Positions 33,390 through 44,522 of a stretch of DNA of 64,000 nucleotides are shown here, one piece after another. The stretch's first letter is position 1, and each line of letters opens with the position of its first letter. The notes under the pieces were generated by a model, which made no database searches, had not been told where the DNA came from, and was given only the letters and a program-made list of their open reading frames with translations. Source of the DNA: Escherichia coli. GTDB lineage: Bacteria > Pseudomonadota > Gammaproteobacteria > Enterobacterales > Enterobacteriaceae. The stretch is from assembly GCF_001677475.2 (NCBI RefSeq), contig NZ_CP015229.1; one strand, 5' to 3'. Both the position numbers and the translations under genes were made by a program.

Positions 33390-33821
33390 TTATTTGCCGC
33401 GCACCAAAGGCAAGTTTTCGCCAGCCCAGCCAGCAACGCCCTCTTTCAGCACGAATACTTGCGCAAAACCCGCTTTCGTCAGTGCGTTTGCAGGCTCCTG
33501 GCACTGCATGCCAGAACCGTCTACCACGATAACTGGTTTGTCTTTGTGCTTCTCAAGCTCACCAACATTGTTGGCTTTGATTTCGCTCGGCAACAGGTTG
33601 ATAGAACCTGCGATATGGCCTTTACGGAAGTCATCACGCTGACGTAAATCCACAACCACAGCATCTTCTTTGTTGATCAGACGCGTAGCTTCACCACGAG
33701 TAATCACCTTCACTTTCGAGGTCAGGCTCTTAAACGTAGTCACAATAACCGCCACCAGTAACGCGATCCAGGCGATACTCAGTATGGGATGACGGCCAAC
33801 AAATTGCATAATTTCTTGCAT
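33390..33821 (-). CDS. yibN: Rhodanese-domain inner-membrane protein YibN
   Basis: Start chosen at ATG 33821 ([12 protein letters not shown]…, 143 aa); the track's longer ORF begins at a TTG four codons upstream. Confidence 0.85.
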   Translation of the reverse strand: MQEIMQFVGRHPILSIAWIALLVAVIVTTFKSLTSKVKVITRGEATRLINKEDAVVVDLRQRDDFRKGHIAGSINLLPSEIKANNVGELEKHKDKPVIVVDGSGMQCQEPANALTKAGFAQVFVLKEGVAGWAGENLPLVRGK

Positions 33822-34063
33822 GGGGGGTAACAACTCCCGACGTAGTGATTAAAAACCAGGGAAGGAGTATACCTGCGCGTTGCGGCAAATACAGCCAGCG
33901 CGTGCACCGGAATGCAATTTTGCGGCACGCTACGAAAAAAAATCGCAAATCTGGCATCGGCTTGCCGCGAGCGGTCGTATATTTTGATCTTCAGAGGCTA
34001 TTTTATCGATTCAGCTGTAGTAAAATTACGCAAATTTTGACTCTTGAGTATGAGGTTGTCGCA

Positions 34064-35608
34064 ATGTCGGTTTCTAAAAAACCTATGGTACTGGTGATTC
34101 TGGATGGCTATGGCTATCGTGAAGAACAACAGGATAACGCCATTTTTAGTGCTAAAACCCCGGTAATGGATGCACTGTGGGCCAATCGTCCGCATACCCT
34201 GATCGACGCTTCCGGTCTGGAAGTCGGTCTGCCTGACCGTCAGATGGGTAACTCCGAAGTAGGCCACGTTAACCTGGGTGCCGGCCGCATCGTGTATCAG
34301 GACCTGACTCGTCTGGACGTTGAAATCAAAGATCGCGCTTTCTTTGCTAATCCGGTGCTGACTGGCGCGGTAGATAAAGCGAAAAACGCAGGCAAAGCAG
34401 TTCACATTATGGGTCTGCTCTCCGCAGGCGGCGTACACAGCCACGAAGATCACATCATGGCGATGGTAGAACTGGCAGCTGAACGCGGCGCAGAAAAAAT
34501 CTACCTGCACGCATTCCTTGACGGTCGCGACACTCCGCCGCGCAGTGCTGAATCCTCGCTGAAAAAATTCGAAGAGAAATTTGCCGCACTGGGCAAAGGC
34601 CGCGTAGCGTCCATCATTGGTCGTTACTACGCGATGGACCGCGATAACCGTTGGGATCGCGTTGAAAAAGCTTATGACCTGCTGACTCTGGCGCAGGGCG
34701 AGTTCCAGGCCGATACCGCCGTTGCTGGTTTGCAGGCTGCTTATGCTCGCGACGAAAACGACGAATTCGTGAAAGCGACCGTTATTCGTGCAGAAGGTCA
34801 GCCAGACGCGGCAATGGAAGACGGCGATGCGCTGATTTTCATGAACTTCCGTGCTGACCGCGCGCGTGAAATCACTCGTGCATTCGTGAACGCTGATTTC
34901 GATGGCTTCGCGCGTAAGAAAGTGGTTAACGTCGATTTCGTGATGCTGACCGAATACGCCGCTGACATCAAAACTGCGGTTGCTTACCCACCCGCTTCCC
35001 TGGTTAACACCTTCGGCGAGTGGATGGCGAAAAACGACAAAACTCAGCTGCGTATTTCCGAAACCGAAAAATATGCCCACGTCACTTTCTTCTTTAACGG
35101 TGGCGTAGAAGAGTCGTTCAAAGGCGAAGATCGCATTCTGATCAACTCACCGAAAGTGGCTACCTACGATCTGCAACCGGAAATGAGCTCCGCAGAGCTG
35201 ACCGAAAAACTGGTTGCGGCAATCAAGAGCGGCAAATACGACACCATTATCTGTAACTATCCGAACGGCGACATGGTAGGTCACACCGGGGTGATGGAAG
35301 CGGCGGTTAAAGCGGTTGAAGCGCTGGATCACTGCGTGGAAGAAGTCGCGAAAGCGGTTGAGTCCGTGGGTGGACAACTGCTGATCACCGCTGACCACGG
35401 TAACGCTGAGCAGATGCGCGATCCGGCAACGGGTCAGGCACACACGGCACACACCAACCTGCCAGTTCCGCTGATTTACGTTGGTGATAAGAACGTGAAA
35501 GCGGTTGAAGGCGGCAAACTTTCTGACATCGCGCCGACCATGTTGTCGCTGATGGGTATGGAAATCCCGCAAGAGATGACTGGTAAGCCGCTGTTCATCG
35601 TGGAATAA
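34064..35608 (+). CDS. gpmM: 2,3-bisphosphoglycerate-independent phosphoglycerate mutase
   Basis: Track ORF from 33845; conserved start ATG 34064 ([19 protein letters not shown]…) after GAGG; 514 aa. Confidence 0.95.
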   Translation: MSVSKKPMVLVILDGYGYREEQQDNAIFSAKTPVMDALWANRPHTLIDASGLEVGLPDRQMGNSEVGHVNLGAGRIVYQDLTRLDVEIKDRAFFANPVLTGAVDKAKNAGKAVHIMGLLSAGGVHSHEDHIMAMVELAAERGAEKIYLHAFLDGRDTPPRSAESSLKKFEEKFAALGKGRVASIIGRYYAMDRDNRWDRVEKAYDLLTLAQGEFQADTAVAGLQAAYARDENDEFVKATVIRAEGQPDAAMEDGDALIFMNFRADRAREITRAFVNADFDGFARKKVVNVDFVMLTEYAADIKTAVAYPPASLVNTFGEWMAKNDKTQLRISETEKYAHVTFFFNGGVEESFKGEDRILINSPKVATYDLQPEMSSAELTEKLVAAIKSGKYDTIICNYPNGDMVGHTGVMEAAVKAVEALDHCVEEVAKAVESVGGQLLITADHGNAEQMRDPATGQAHTAHTNLPVPLIYVGDKNVKAVEGGKLSDIAPTMLSLMGMEIPQEMTGKPLFIVE

Positions 35609-35641
35609 TCCCTCCCCATGAGGGGAAAGGCGATTAATACC

Positions 35642-36901
35642 ATGACACGGGCCGTGAAACCGCGCAGGTTTGCAATCAGGCCCATCATCTACGCCAGCGT
35701 TCTGAGCGCTGGCGTATTGTTGTGCGCCTTTTCCGCCCACGCGGATGAGCGTGACCAACTCAAATCCATTCAGGCTGACATCGCCGCGAAAGAGCGCGCG
35801 GTACGCCAAAAGCAACAACAACGCGCAAGCCTGCTCGCACAATTGAAAAAGCAGGAAGAAGCGATCTCTGAAGCCACCCGTAAACTGCGCGAAACGCAAA
35901 ACACGCTCAATCAACTGAATAAACAGATTGATGAGATGAACGCGTCGATTGCCAAACTGGAGCAGCAAAAAGCCGCCCAGGAGCGCAGCCTCGCCGCACA
36001 ACTGGATGCCGCATTCCGTCAGGGCGAGCATACCGGTATTCAGCTAATTCTCAGCGGTGAAGAAAGCCAGCGTGGTCAGCGTTTACAGGCTTATTTCGGC
36101 TATCTCAACCAGGCGCGACAAGAAACCATTGCTCAGTTGAAACAAACGCGTGAAGAAGTCGCTATGCAGCGTGCCGAACTGGAAGAGAAACAGAGCGAGC
36201 AACAAACGCTTTTATATGAGCAGCGCGCCCAACAGGCGAAGCTGACCCAGGCGTTGAGCGAGCGTAAAAAGACGCTGGCAGGGCTGGAGTCTTCCATCCA
36301 GCAAGGTCAGCAACAGTTGAGCGAGCTGCGCGCCAACGAATCCCGTCTGCGTAACAGCATTGCCCGTGCGGAAGCCGCGGCGAAAGCGCGTGCTGAACGT
36401 GAAGCGCGCGAAGCCCAGGCGGTTCGCGACCGCCAGAAAGAAGCGACGCGCAAAGGCACCACCTACAAACCGACCGAAAGCGAAAAATCGCTGATGTCCC
36501 GAACTGGTGGCCTGGGTGCGCCGCGTGGTCAGGCATTCTGGCCGGTTCGCGGGCCGACGTTGCATCGCTATGGCGAGCAGCTACAGGGTGAATTACGCTG
36601 GAAAGGGATGGTTATCGGTGCCTCTGAAGGTACTGAAGTTAAAGCGATTGCCGACGGTCGGGTGATTCTGGCTGACTGGCTGCAAGGCTACGGTCTGGTG
36701 GTGGTGGTTGAGCATGGTAAAGGCGACATGAGTCTTTACGGCTATAATCAGAGCGCACTGGTGAGCGTTGGTTCGCAGGTTCGCGCGGGCCAGCCAATTG
36801 CACTGGTGGGCAGCAGTGGCGGTCAGGGTCGGCCTTCACTCTATTTCGAAATTCGCCGCCAGGGTCAGGCGGTCAATCCACAGCCGTGGTTGGGAAGATA
36901 A
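35642..36901 (+). CDS. envC: Murein hydrolase activator EnvC
   Basis: Start at ATG 35642 (MTRAVKPRRFAIRP…), 419 aa; signal peptide, long coiled coil, C-terminal LytM/M23 domain. Confidence 0.9.
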   Translation: MTRAVKPRRFAIRPIIYASVLSAGVLLCAFSAHADERDQLKSIQADIAAKERAVRQKQQQRASLLAQLKKQEEAISEATRKLRETQNTLNQLNKQIDEMNASIAKLEQQKAAQERSLAAQLDAAFRQGEHTGIQLILSGEESQRGQRLQAYFGYLNQARQETIAQLKQTREEVAMQRAELEEKQSEQQTLLYEQRAQQAKLTQALSERKKTLAGLESSIQQGQQQLSELRANESRLRNSIARAEAAAKARAEREAREAQAVRDRQKEATRKGTTYKPTESEKSLMSRTGGLGAPRGQAFWPVRGPTLHRYGEQLQGELRWKGMVIGASEGTEVKAIADGRVILADWLQGYGLVVVVEHGKGDMSLYGYNQSALVSVGSQVRAGQPIALVGSSGGQGRPSLYFEIRRQGQAVNPQPWLGR

Positions 36902-36904
36902 GTT

Positions 36905-37864
36905 TTGTTTCCATTTCGTCGTAACGTTCTTGCATTTGCCGCTCTGTTGGCGCTCTCCTCCCCCGTAATTGCTGGCAAACTTGCCATCGTCATTGATGAT
37001 TTTGGGTATCGCCCGCACAACGAAAACCAGGTGCTGGCGATGCCTTCCGCTATCTCCGTCGCTGTATTACCCGATTCACCGCACGCCAGAGAGATGGCAA
37101 CCAAAGCGCATAACAGCGGTCACGAAGTGTTGATTCATCTACCGATGGCACCACTGAGTAAACAGCCGCTGGAGAAAAATACGCTACGCCCGGAGATGAG
37201 CAGCGACGAAATTGAGCGCATTATTCGTAGTGCGGTCAATAATGTGCCCTATGCCGTGGGGATCAACAACCACATGGGCAGCAAGATGACCTCTAACCTG
37301 TTTGGTATGCAGAAAGTGATGCAGGCGCTGGAGCGTTACAATCTTTACTTCCTCGACAGCGTAACCATTGGTAATACCCAGGCGATGCGCGCCGCGCAAG
37401 GCACTGGCGTGAAGGTGATCAAACGGAAGGTGTTCCTCGACGATTCACAGAACGAAGCGGACATCCGTGTGCAGTTCAATCGCGCAATTGATCTGGCGCG
37501 TCGCAACGGTTCGACCATTGCCATTGGGCATCCTCACCCTTCCACGGTACGCGTGTTACAACAGATGGTTTATAACCTGCCGCCAGACATTACGCTGGTG
37601 AAAGCCAGCAGCTTGCTGAATGAACCGCAGGTTGATACGTCTACACCGCCGAAAAACACTGTGCCCGACACACCGCGTAATCCGTTCCGTGGCGTGAAGC
37701 TCTGCAAACCGAAGAAACCGATAGAACCTGTTTATGCTAATCGCTTCTTTGAAGTATTAAGCGAAAGCATCAGCCAGAGCACGCTGATCGTTTACTTCCA
37801 ACATCAGTGGCAAGGCTGGGGCAAACAGCCCGAAGCGGCAAAACTTAACGCTAGCGCAAATTAA
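36905..37864 (+). CDS. yibQ: Divergent polysaccharide deacetylase-family protein YibQ
   Basis: 319-aa ORF; first codon in the track is TTG at 36905, directly after the envC stop; start codon uncertain. Confidence 0.8.
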   Translation: MFPFRRNVLAFAALLALSSPVIAGKLAIVIDDFGYRPHNENQVLAMPSAISVAVLPDSPHAREMATKAHNSGHEVLIHLPMAPLSKQPLEKNTLRPEMSSDEIERIIRSAVNNVPYAVGINNHMGSKMTSNLFGMQKVMQALERYNLYFLDSVTIGNTQAMRAAQGTGVKVIKRKVFLDDSQNEADIRVQFNRAIDLARRNGSTIAIGHPHPSTVRVLQQMVYNLPPDITLVKASSLLNEPQVDTSTPPKNTVPDTPRNPFRGVKLCKPKKPIEPVYANRFFEVLSESISQSTLIVYFQHQWQGWGKQPEAAKLNASAN

Positions 37865-38885
37865 AGGCGCTGCGCGTAATGCGATGGTGCGACCGCGTTT
37901 TGTCGCGCCATTGCCATAAGCGGAAAGACCACAGTAACGCCTGATAACCCACCTTCACGCTGCGCACATTGGTAATCAGGCGCTTATACATACCGGAAGT
38001 AAATATCTCGGCAATCATCCGTTGGCGGGTAATAATATCCGGCTCTTTACGCACCGCATGGCAAACACGCAATGCTTCGTAAGTTATTTGCTGATGAAAT
38101 TCCGGGTAAATCGTAATTTTGTCGGCATAATTTCGATTTAATTTCTCCAGCAGGCGGGTAATCTTAATATAGTGACGTTGATAATTAAGGTTTTTATTCC
38201 CTTGTCTATTCAACCGACTCACTGACGTATTATGCAGATAATATTTATATAACGATTGCTCGGTATATCGCGCACGCAAAGCGTTAAACATGAATTCTGT
38301 TGTCCAGACAATATCCTGATGATGTAATCCGGCTATAAATTTAATGTTATTTTTAACAATAACATCGCGGCGATAAACCCCCATCCAGACAACGTGAGTC
38401 CAACGGCGCGAAGAAAGCCCCATCCGCAGCCAGTCCGGGCCGGTTAATACGCCGGTTGAGCGAAGGCGATCGGTGGGGATGGATTGCCAGGTTTCTCCCG
38501 TTTCACGAAAACACCAATCAGCGTTGCACTGCGCCACGTCGAGGTCGTCCTCTAACGCCATGGTCATCAGCGTTTCGTACATGGTGGGATAGACCTCATC
38601 GTCAGCATCGACAAAAGCGACATATTTTCCCGTTGCCACTTCAATCCCACGATTACGCGCCACCGATGCGCCAGCATTCGCCTGATGCAACAAACGAACG
38701 TGCGGATAGTTTTCTGCGTAATACTTTGCTATTTCAACAGAATTATCCGTTGAACCATCGTTAATAATAATGATTTCCAGAGCAGTCCAGGTTTGCGTAA
38801 TTAAAGATTCCATACAAGTGCGGAAATCATCGCCCGCATTATATAACGGAATAATAACACTAAGTTTATTGGTGCTGTTCATCAT
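37851..38885 (-). CDS. waaH: Family-2 glycosyltransferase WaaH (YibD)
   Basis: 344-aa ORF with GT-A motifs (…IIINDGSTDNS…, …DADD…); 3' end overlaps yibQ convergently. Confidence 0.85.
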   Translation of the reverse strand: MMNSTNKLSVIIPLYNAGDDFRTCMESLITQTWTALEIIIINDGSTDNSVEIAKYYAENYPHVRLLHQANAGASVARNRGIEVATGKYVAFVDADDEVYPTMYETLMTMALEDDLDVAQCNADWCFRETGETWQSIPTDRLRSTGVLTGPDWLRMGLSSRRWTHVVWMGVYRRDVIVKNNIKFIAGLHHQDIVWTTEFMFNALRARYTEQSLYKYYLHNTSVSRLNRQGNKNLNYQRHYIKITRLLEKLNRNYADKITIYPEFHQQITYEALRVCHAVRKEPDIITRQRMIAEIFTSGMYKRLITNVRSVKVGYQALLWSFRLWQWRDKTRSHHRITRSAFNLR

Positions 38886-39123
38886 AAATTACCGACGACC
38901 TCTGAAGTTATCCTGACGTTTTACAGGCTTTGTATTAAGAAACTATTAAGCCTGTGAGATATTATTTTTACAGGTGAGAGAGTCACTTCAGAGTAGAGAG
39001 ATAATGAGAGCAGCTATATAAGAGATCAGCGCAATTACGATATCTTTATTACACTGACAGGATTTTACATATTTAACGGATTATCCTCAGGCAAAAGGGC
39101 TGGAATACCAGCCCTTGTTCGTG

Positions 39124-40149
39124 TTAATCCCAGCTCAGAATAACTTTCCCGGACTGGCCCGAACGCATGGCGTCAAAGCCCTTCTGGAAATCATCGATAG
39201 AGAAACGATGGGTAATGATCGGCGAGAGATCGAGGCCAGACTGAATCAGCGCCGCCATCTTGTACCAGGTTTCAAACATCTCACGACCGTAAATACCTTT
39301 AATGAACAAGCCTTTAAAGATCACTTTGGTCCAGTCGATAGACATATCAGACGGTGGAATACCCAGCATCGCAATGCGACCGCCGTGGTTCATGGTGTCG
39401 AGCATGGTACGAAACGCTGGCGGCGCACCGGACATTTCCAGACCGACATCAAAGCCTTCGGTCATGCCTAGCTCCGCCATCACGTCATTGAGATTTTCTT
39501 TCGCGACGTTAACCGCACGGGTGATACCCATTTTGCGCGCCAGCTCAAGGCGGTATTCGTTAACATCAGTAATCACCACGTTACGTGCACCAACGTGTTT
39601 CGCCACCGCCGCCGCCATAATACCAATCGGGCCTGCACCAGAGACCAGCACATCCTCGCCCACCAGATCAAACGACAGCGCGGTATGCACGGCGTTACCG
39701 AAGGGATCAAAAATGGAAGCCAGATCATCGGAGATATTGTCGGGGATTTTGAAAGCGTTGAACGCCGGAATCACCAGATACTCGGCGAAGCAGCCCGGAC
39801 GGTTAACGCCGACGCCGATCGTGTTGCGGCACAGATGGGTACGACCGCCACGACAGTTGCGACAGTGACCGCAGGTGATATGGCCTTCGCCAGAAACGCG
39901 ATCGCCAATCTTGAAGCCTTTCACTTCCTGACCAATACCTACCACTTCACCGACATATTCATGGCCCACGACCATCGGCACCGGGATGGTTTTTTGCGAC
40001 CACTCATCCCAGTTATAGATGTGAACGTCAGTCCCGCAGATGGCTGTTTTACGGATTTTAATCAGCAGATCGTTATGCCCGAGTTCCGGTACAGGAACGT
40101 CGGTCATCCAGATGCCCTCTTCCGCTTTCAGTTTGGATAACGCTTTCAT
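39124..40149 (-). CDS. tdh: L-threonine 3-dehydrogenase
   Basis: 341-aa zinc-dependent MDR-family ORF. Confidence 0.95.
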
Positions 40150-40158
40150 CTCACATCC

Positions 40159-41355
40159 TCAGGCGATAACGCCCAGTTGTTTACCAATACGCGTGAATGC
40201 TTCTACTGCACGCGTAATTTGCTCAGGGGTATGCGCCGCAGACATCTGGGTACGAATACGCGCCTGACCTTTCGGAACGACCGGATAGAAGAAACCGGTG
40301 ACGTAAATGCCCTCTTTTTGCAGCTCACGGGCAAATTTCTGCGCCACTACTGCATCACCAAGCATGACCGGAATAATGGCGTGATCGGCTCCCGCCAGGG
40401 TAAAGCCCGCCGCCGACATTTGCTCACGGAACTGACGCGCGTTCGCCCAGAGACGGTCACGCAGCTCGCTACCCGCTTCAACCATCTCCAGCACTTTGAT
40501 GGACGCGGCAACAATGGCCGGTGCCAGCGAGTTGGAGAACAGGTACGGACGAGAACGCTGGCGCAGCCACTCAACCACTTCTTTGCGCGCCGCGGTATAA
40601 CCACCAGAAGCCCCGCCCAGCGCTTTACCGAGCGTGCCGGTGATAATATCGACCCGGCCCATCACATCGCAGTATTCATGGGAACCACGACCGTTTTCAC
40701 CGACAAAACCTACCGCGTGGGAGTCGTCTACCATCACCAGGGCATCATATTTATCTGCCAGATCGCAAACGCCCTTCAGGTTGGCAATCACGCCGTCCAT
40801 CGAGAACACACCATCGGTGGCAATCAGCACATGACGCGCACCGGCTTCACGCGCTTCTTTCAGACGTGCTTCCAGCTCCTGCATATCGTTGTTGGCATAG
40901 CGATAGCGTTTAGCTTTGCACAGACGCACACCATCAATAATAGACGCGTGGTTCAGTGCGTCGGAGATAATGGCGTCCTCCGCGCCTAACAGCGTTTCGA
41001 ACAGGCCACCGTTAGCATCAAAGCAGGAAGAGTAGAGAATCGCATCTTCCATCCCCAGGAAGGCCGCCAGTTTTTGTTCAAGCTCTTTATGGCTGTCCTG
41101 AGTGCCGCAAATAAAACGCACCGAAGCCATGCCGAAACCGTGAGAATCCATTCCCGCCTTTGCTGCCGCAATCAGATCCGGATGATTCGCCAGCCCGAGA
41201 TAGTTGTTGGCACAAAAGTTAATGACGTGGCTTCCATCAGCCACAGTGATATCTGCTTGCTGCGCAGACGTAATAATGCGCTCTTCTTTAAACAACCCTT
41301 CCGCCCGTGCGGTTTCCAGATCGTTGGTTAACTGCTGATAAAATTCTCCACGCAT
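40159..41355 (-). CDS. kbl: 2-amino-3-ketobutyrate CoA ligase (glycine C-acetyltransferase)
   Basis: 398-aa PLP-dependent ORF, immediately upstream of tdh. Confidence 0.95.
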   Translation of the reverse strand: MRGEFYQQLTNDLETARAEGLFKEERIITSAQQADITVADGSHVINFCANNYLGLANHPDLIAAAKAGMDSHGFGMASVRFICGTQDSHKELEQKLAAFLGMEDAILYSSCFDANGGLFETLLGAEDAIISDALNHASIIDGVRLCKAKRYRYANNDMQELEARLKEAREAGARHVLIATDGVFSMDGVIANLKGVCDLADKYDALVMVDDSHAVGFVGENGRGSHEYCDVMGRVDIITGTLGKALGGASGGYTAARKEVVEWLRQRSRPYLFSNSLAPAIVAASIKVLEMVEAGSELRDRLWANARQFREQMSAAGFTLAGADHAIIPVMLGDAVVAQKFARELQKEGIYVTGFFYPVVPKGQARIRTQMSAAHTPEQITRAVEAFTRIGKQLGVIA

Positions 41356-41568
41356 TGCGATTCTCCAGACAGGGCAAATTCCAGCACATATTACCCAAAC
41401 TTATAGGTCGCGACGAGATGACGCGTTAACACTTCTGCAAAATTCAGGATAAATAACGTCCATCAATCTCACTTTTGGCGAATGGCTGAAGCCAACGCCG
41501 TGTAGTGATATGATAGAAGTATTCGTGTCTGAGATTGTCTCTGACTCCATAATTCGAAGGTTACAGTT

Positions 41569-42501
41569 ATGATCATCGTTACCGGCGGCGCGGGCTTTAT
41601 CGGCAGCAACATCGTTAAGGCCCTGAATGATAAAGGCATCACCGATATTCTGGTGGTGGACAACCTGAAAGACGGCACCAAGTTTGTGAACCTGGTGGAT
41701 CTGAATATCGCGGACTATATGGATAAGGAAGACTTCCTGATCCAGATTATGGCTGGCGAAGAGTTCGGTGATGTCGAAGCGATTTTCCACGAGGGCGCAT
41801 GCTCTTCCACCACCGAGTGGGATGGCAAGTATATGATGGATAACAACTATCAATACTCCAAAGAGCTGTTGCACTACTGTCTGGAGCGCGAAATCCCGTT
41901 CCTGTATGCCTCTTCCGCAGCCACCTACGGCGGACGCACCTCCGACTTTATTGAATCCCGCGAATACGAAAAACCACTGAACGTCTACGGTTACTCAAAA
42001 TTCCTGTTTGATGAATATGTTCGTCAAATTCTGCCGGAAGCAAACTCACAGATTGTTGGCTTCCGTTATTTCAACGTTTATGGACCGCGTGAAGGCCATA
42101 AAGGCAGCATGGCGAGCGTCGCTTTCCATCTCAACACCCAGCTTAACAACGGTGAATCGCCAAAACTGTTCGAAGGTAGCGAGAACTTCAAACGCGACTT
42201 CGTCTATGTGGGCGACGTGGCAGATGTAAACCTGTGGTTCCTGGAAAATGGCGTTTCCGGCATCTTCAACCTCGGCACCGGTCGTGCGGAATCCTTCCAG
42301 GCTGTAGCTGATGCTACGCTGGCTTATCACAAGAAAGGCCAGATCGAATACATTCCGTTCCCGGATAAGCTGAAAGGCCGCTACCAGGCGTTCACTCAGG
42401 CAGATCTGACAAATCTGCGCGCGGCGGGTTACGACAAACCGTTCAAAACCGTTGCTGAAGGTGTAACGGAATACATGGCCTGGCTGAATCGCGACGCGTA
42501 A
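41569..42501 (+). CDS. hldD: ADP-L-glycero-D-manno-heptose 6-epimerase
   Basis: 310-aa [23 protein letters not shown]… NAD-binding motif; ATG 41569. Confidence 0.95.
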
Positions 42502-42503
42502 CT

Positions 42504-43550
42504 ATGAAGATTTTGGTGATAGGCCCGTCTTGGGTTGGCGACATGATGATGTCGCAAAGTCTCTATCGCACGCTCCAGGCGCGCTATCCCCAGGCGATAA
42601 TCGACGTGATGGCACCGGCATGGTGCCGTCCGTTATTATCGCGGATGCCGGAAGTTAACGAAGCTATCCCTATGCCTCTCGGTCACGGAGCGCTGGAAAT
42701 CGGCGAACGCCGCAAACTGGGTCATAGTCTGCGTGAAAAGCGCTACGACCGCGCCTACGTCTTACCTAACTCCTTCAAATCCGCATTAGTGCCTTTCTTC
42801 GCGGGTATTCCTCATCGCACCGGCTGGCGCGGCGAGATGCGCTACGGTTTACTCAACGATGTACGCGTGCTCGATAAAGAAGCCTGGCCGCTAATGGTGG
42901 AACGCTATGTCGCGCTGGCCTATGACAAAGGCGTTATGCGTACCGCACAAGATCTGCCGCAACCATTGTTATGGCCGCAGTTGCAGGTGAGCGAAGGTGA
43001 AAAATCATATACCTGTAATCAATTTTCGCTTTCATCAGAACGTCCGATGATTGGTTTTTGCCCGGGGGCGGAGTTTGGTCCGGCAAAACGCTGGCCACAC
43101 TACCACTATGCTGAGCTGGCAAAGCAGCTGATTGATGAAGGTTATCAGGTGGTTCTGTTTGGTTCGGCGAAAGATCATGAGGCGGGCAATGAGATACTCG
43201 CCGCACTGAATACTGAGCAGCAGGCATGGTGTCGGAACCTGGCGGGGGAAACACAGCTTGATCAAGCGGTTATCCTGATTGCAGCCTGTAAAGCCATTGT
43301 CACTAACGATTCTGGCCTGATGCACGTTGCGGCGGCGCTCAATCGTCCGCTGGTTGCCCTGTATGGTCCGAGTAGCCCGGACTTCACACCGCCACTATCC
43401 CATAAAGCGCGCGTGATCCGCCTGATTACCGGCTATCACAAAGTGCGTAAAGGTGACGCTGCGGAGGGTTATCACCAGAGCTTGATCGACATTACTCCCC
43501 AGCGCGTACTGGAAGAACTCAACGCGCTATTGTTACAAGAGGAAGCCTGA
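42504..43550 (+). CDS. waaF: LPS heptosyltransferase II
   Basis: 348-aa GT9 ORF, ATG 3 nt after the hldD stop. Confidence 0.95.
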   Translation: MKILVIGPSWVGDMMMSQSLYRTLQARYPQAIIDVMAPAWCRPLLSRMPEVNEAIPMPLGHGALEIGERRKLGHSLREKRYDRAYVLPNSFKSALVPFFAGIPHRTGWRGEMRYGLLNDVRVLDKEAWPLMVERYVALAYDKGVMRTAQDLPQPLLWPQLQVSEGEKSYTCNQFSLSSERPMIGFCPGAEFGPAKRWPHYHYAELAKQLIDEGYQVVLFGSAKDHEAGNEILAALNTEQQAWCRNLAGETQLDQAVILIAACKAIVTNDSGLMHVAAALNRPLVALYGPSSPDFTPPLSHKARVIRLITGYHKVRKGDAAEGYHQSLIDITPQRVLEELNALLLQEEA

Positions 43551-43553
43551 CGG

Positions 43554-44513
43554 ATGCGGGTTTTGATCGTTAAAACATCGTCGATGGGCGATGTTCTCCA
43601 TACGTTGCCCGCACTCACTGATGCCCAGCAGGCAATCCCAGGGATTAAGTTTGACTGGGTGGTGGAAGAAGGGTTCGCACAGATTCCTTCCTGGCACGCC
43701 GCCGTTGAGCGAGTTATTCCTGTGGCAATACGTCGCTGGCGTAAAGCCTGGTTCTCGGCCCCCATAAAAGCTGAACGCAAAGCGTTTCGTGAAGCGCTAC
43801 AAGCAGAGAACTATGACGCAGTTATCGACGCTCAGGGGCTGGTAAAAAGCGCGGCGCTGGTGACGCGTCTGGCGCATGGCGTAAAGCATGGAATGGACTG
43901 GCAAACCGCTCGCGAACCTTTAGCCAGCCTGTTTTACAATCGTAAACATCATATTGCAAAACAGCAGCACGCCGTAGAACGCACCCGCGAACTGTTTGCC
44001 AAAAGTCTGGGCTATAGCAAACCGCAAACCCAGGGCGATTATGCTATTGCACAGCATTTCCTGACGAACCTGCCTACAGATGCTGGCGAATATGCCGTAT
44101 TTCTTCATGCGACGACCCGTGATGATAAACACTGGCCGGAAGAACACTGGCGAGAATTGATTGGTTTACTGGCTGATTCAGGAATACGGATTAAACTTCC
44201 GTGGGGCGCGCCGCATGAGGAAGAACGGGCGAAACGACTGGCGGAAGGATTTGCTTATGTTGAAGTATTGCCGAAGATGAGTCTGGAAGGCGTTGCCCGC
44301 GTGCTGGCCGGGGCTAAATTTGTAGTGTCGGTGGATACGGGGTTAAGCCATTTAACGGCGGCACTGGATAGACCGAATATCACGGTTTATGGACCAACCG
44401 ATCCGGGATTAATTGGTGGGTATGGGAAGAATCAGATGGTTTGTAGGGCTCCGGGGAAAAGTTTAAATAATCTCAACGGTCAAGCAGTTTTGGAAAAGTT
44501 ATCATCATTATAA
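43554..44513 (+). CDS. waaC: LPS heptosyltransferase I
   Basis: 319-aa GT9 ORF. Confidence 0.95.
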   Translation: MRVLIVKTSSMGDVLHTLPALTDAQQAIPGIKFDWVVEEGFAQIPSWHAAVERVIPVAIRRWRKAWFSAPIKAERKAFREALQAENYDAVIDAQGLVKSAALVTRLAHGVKHGMDWQTAREPLASLFYNRKHHIAKQQHAVERTRELFAKSLGYSKPQTQGDYAIAQHFLTNLPTDAGEYAVFLHATTRDDKHWPEEHWRELIGLLADSGIRIKLPWGAPHEEERAKRLAEGFAYVEVLPKMSLEGVARVLAGAKFVVSVDTGLSHLTAALDRPNITVYGPTDPGLIGGYGKNQMVCRAPGKSLNNLNGQAVLEKLSSL

Positions 44514-44522
44514 AGGTAAAAC

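Noticed and set aside
41401-41874. 157-aa minus-strand ORF between kbl and hldD, considered as a candidate htrL
   Set aside because: It overlaps the first ~100 codons of hldD on the opposite strand and does not resemble a 285-aa HtrL; I treat it as spurious and conclude htrL is absent.
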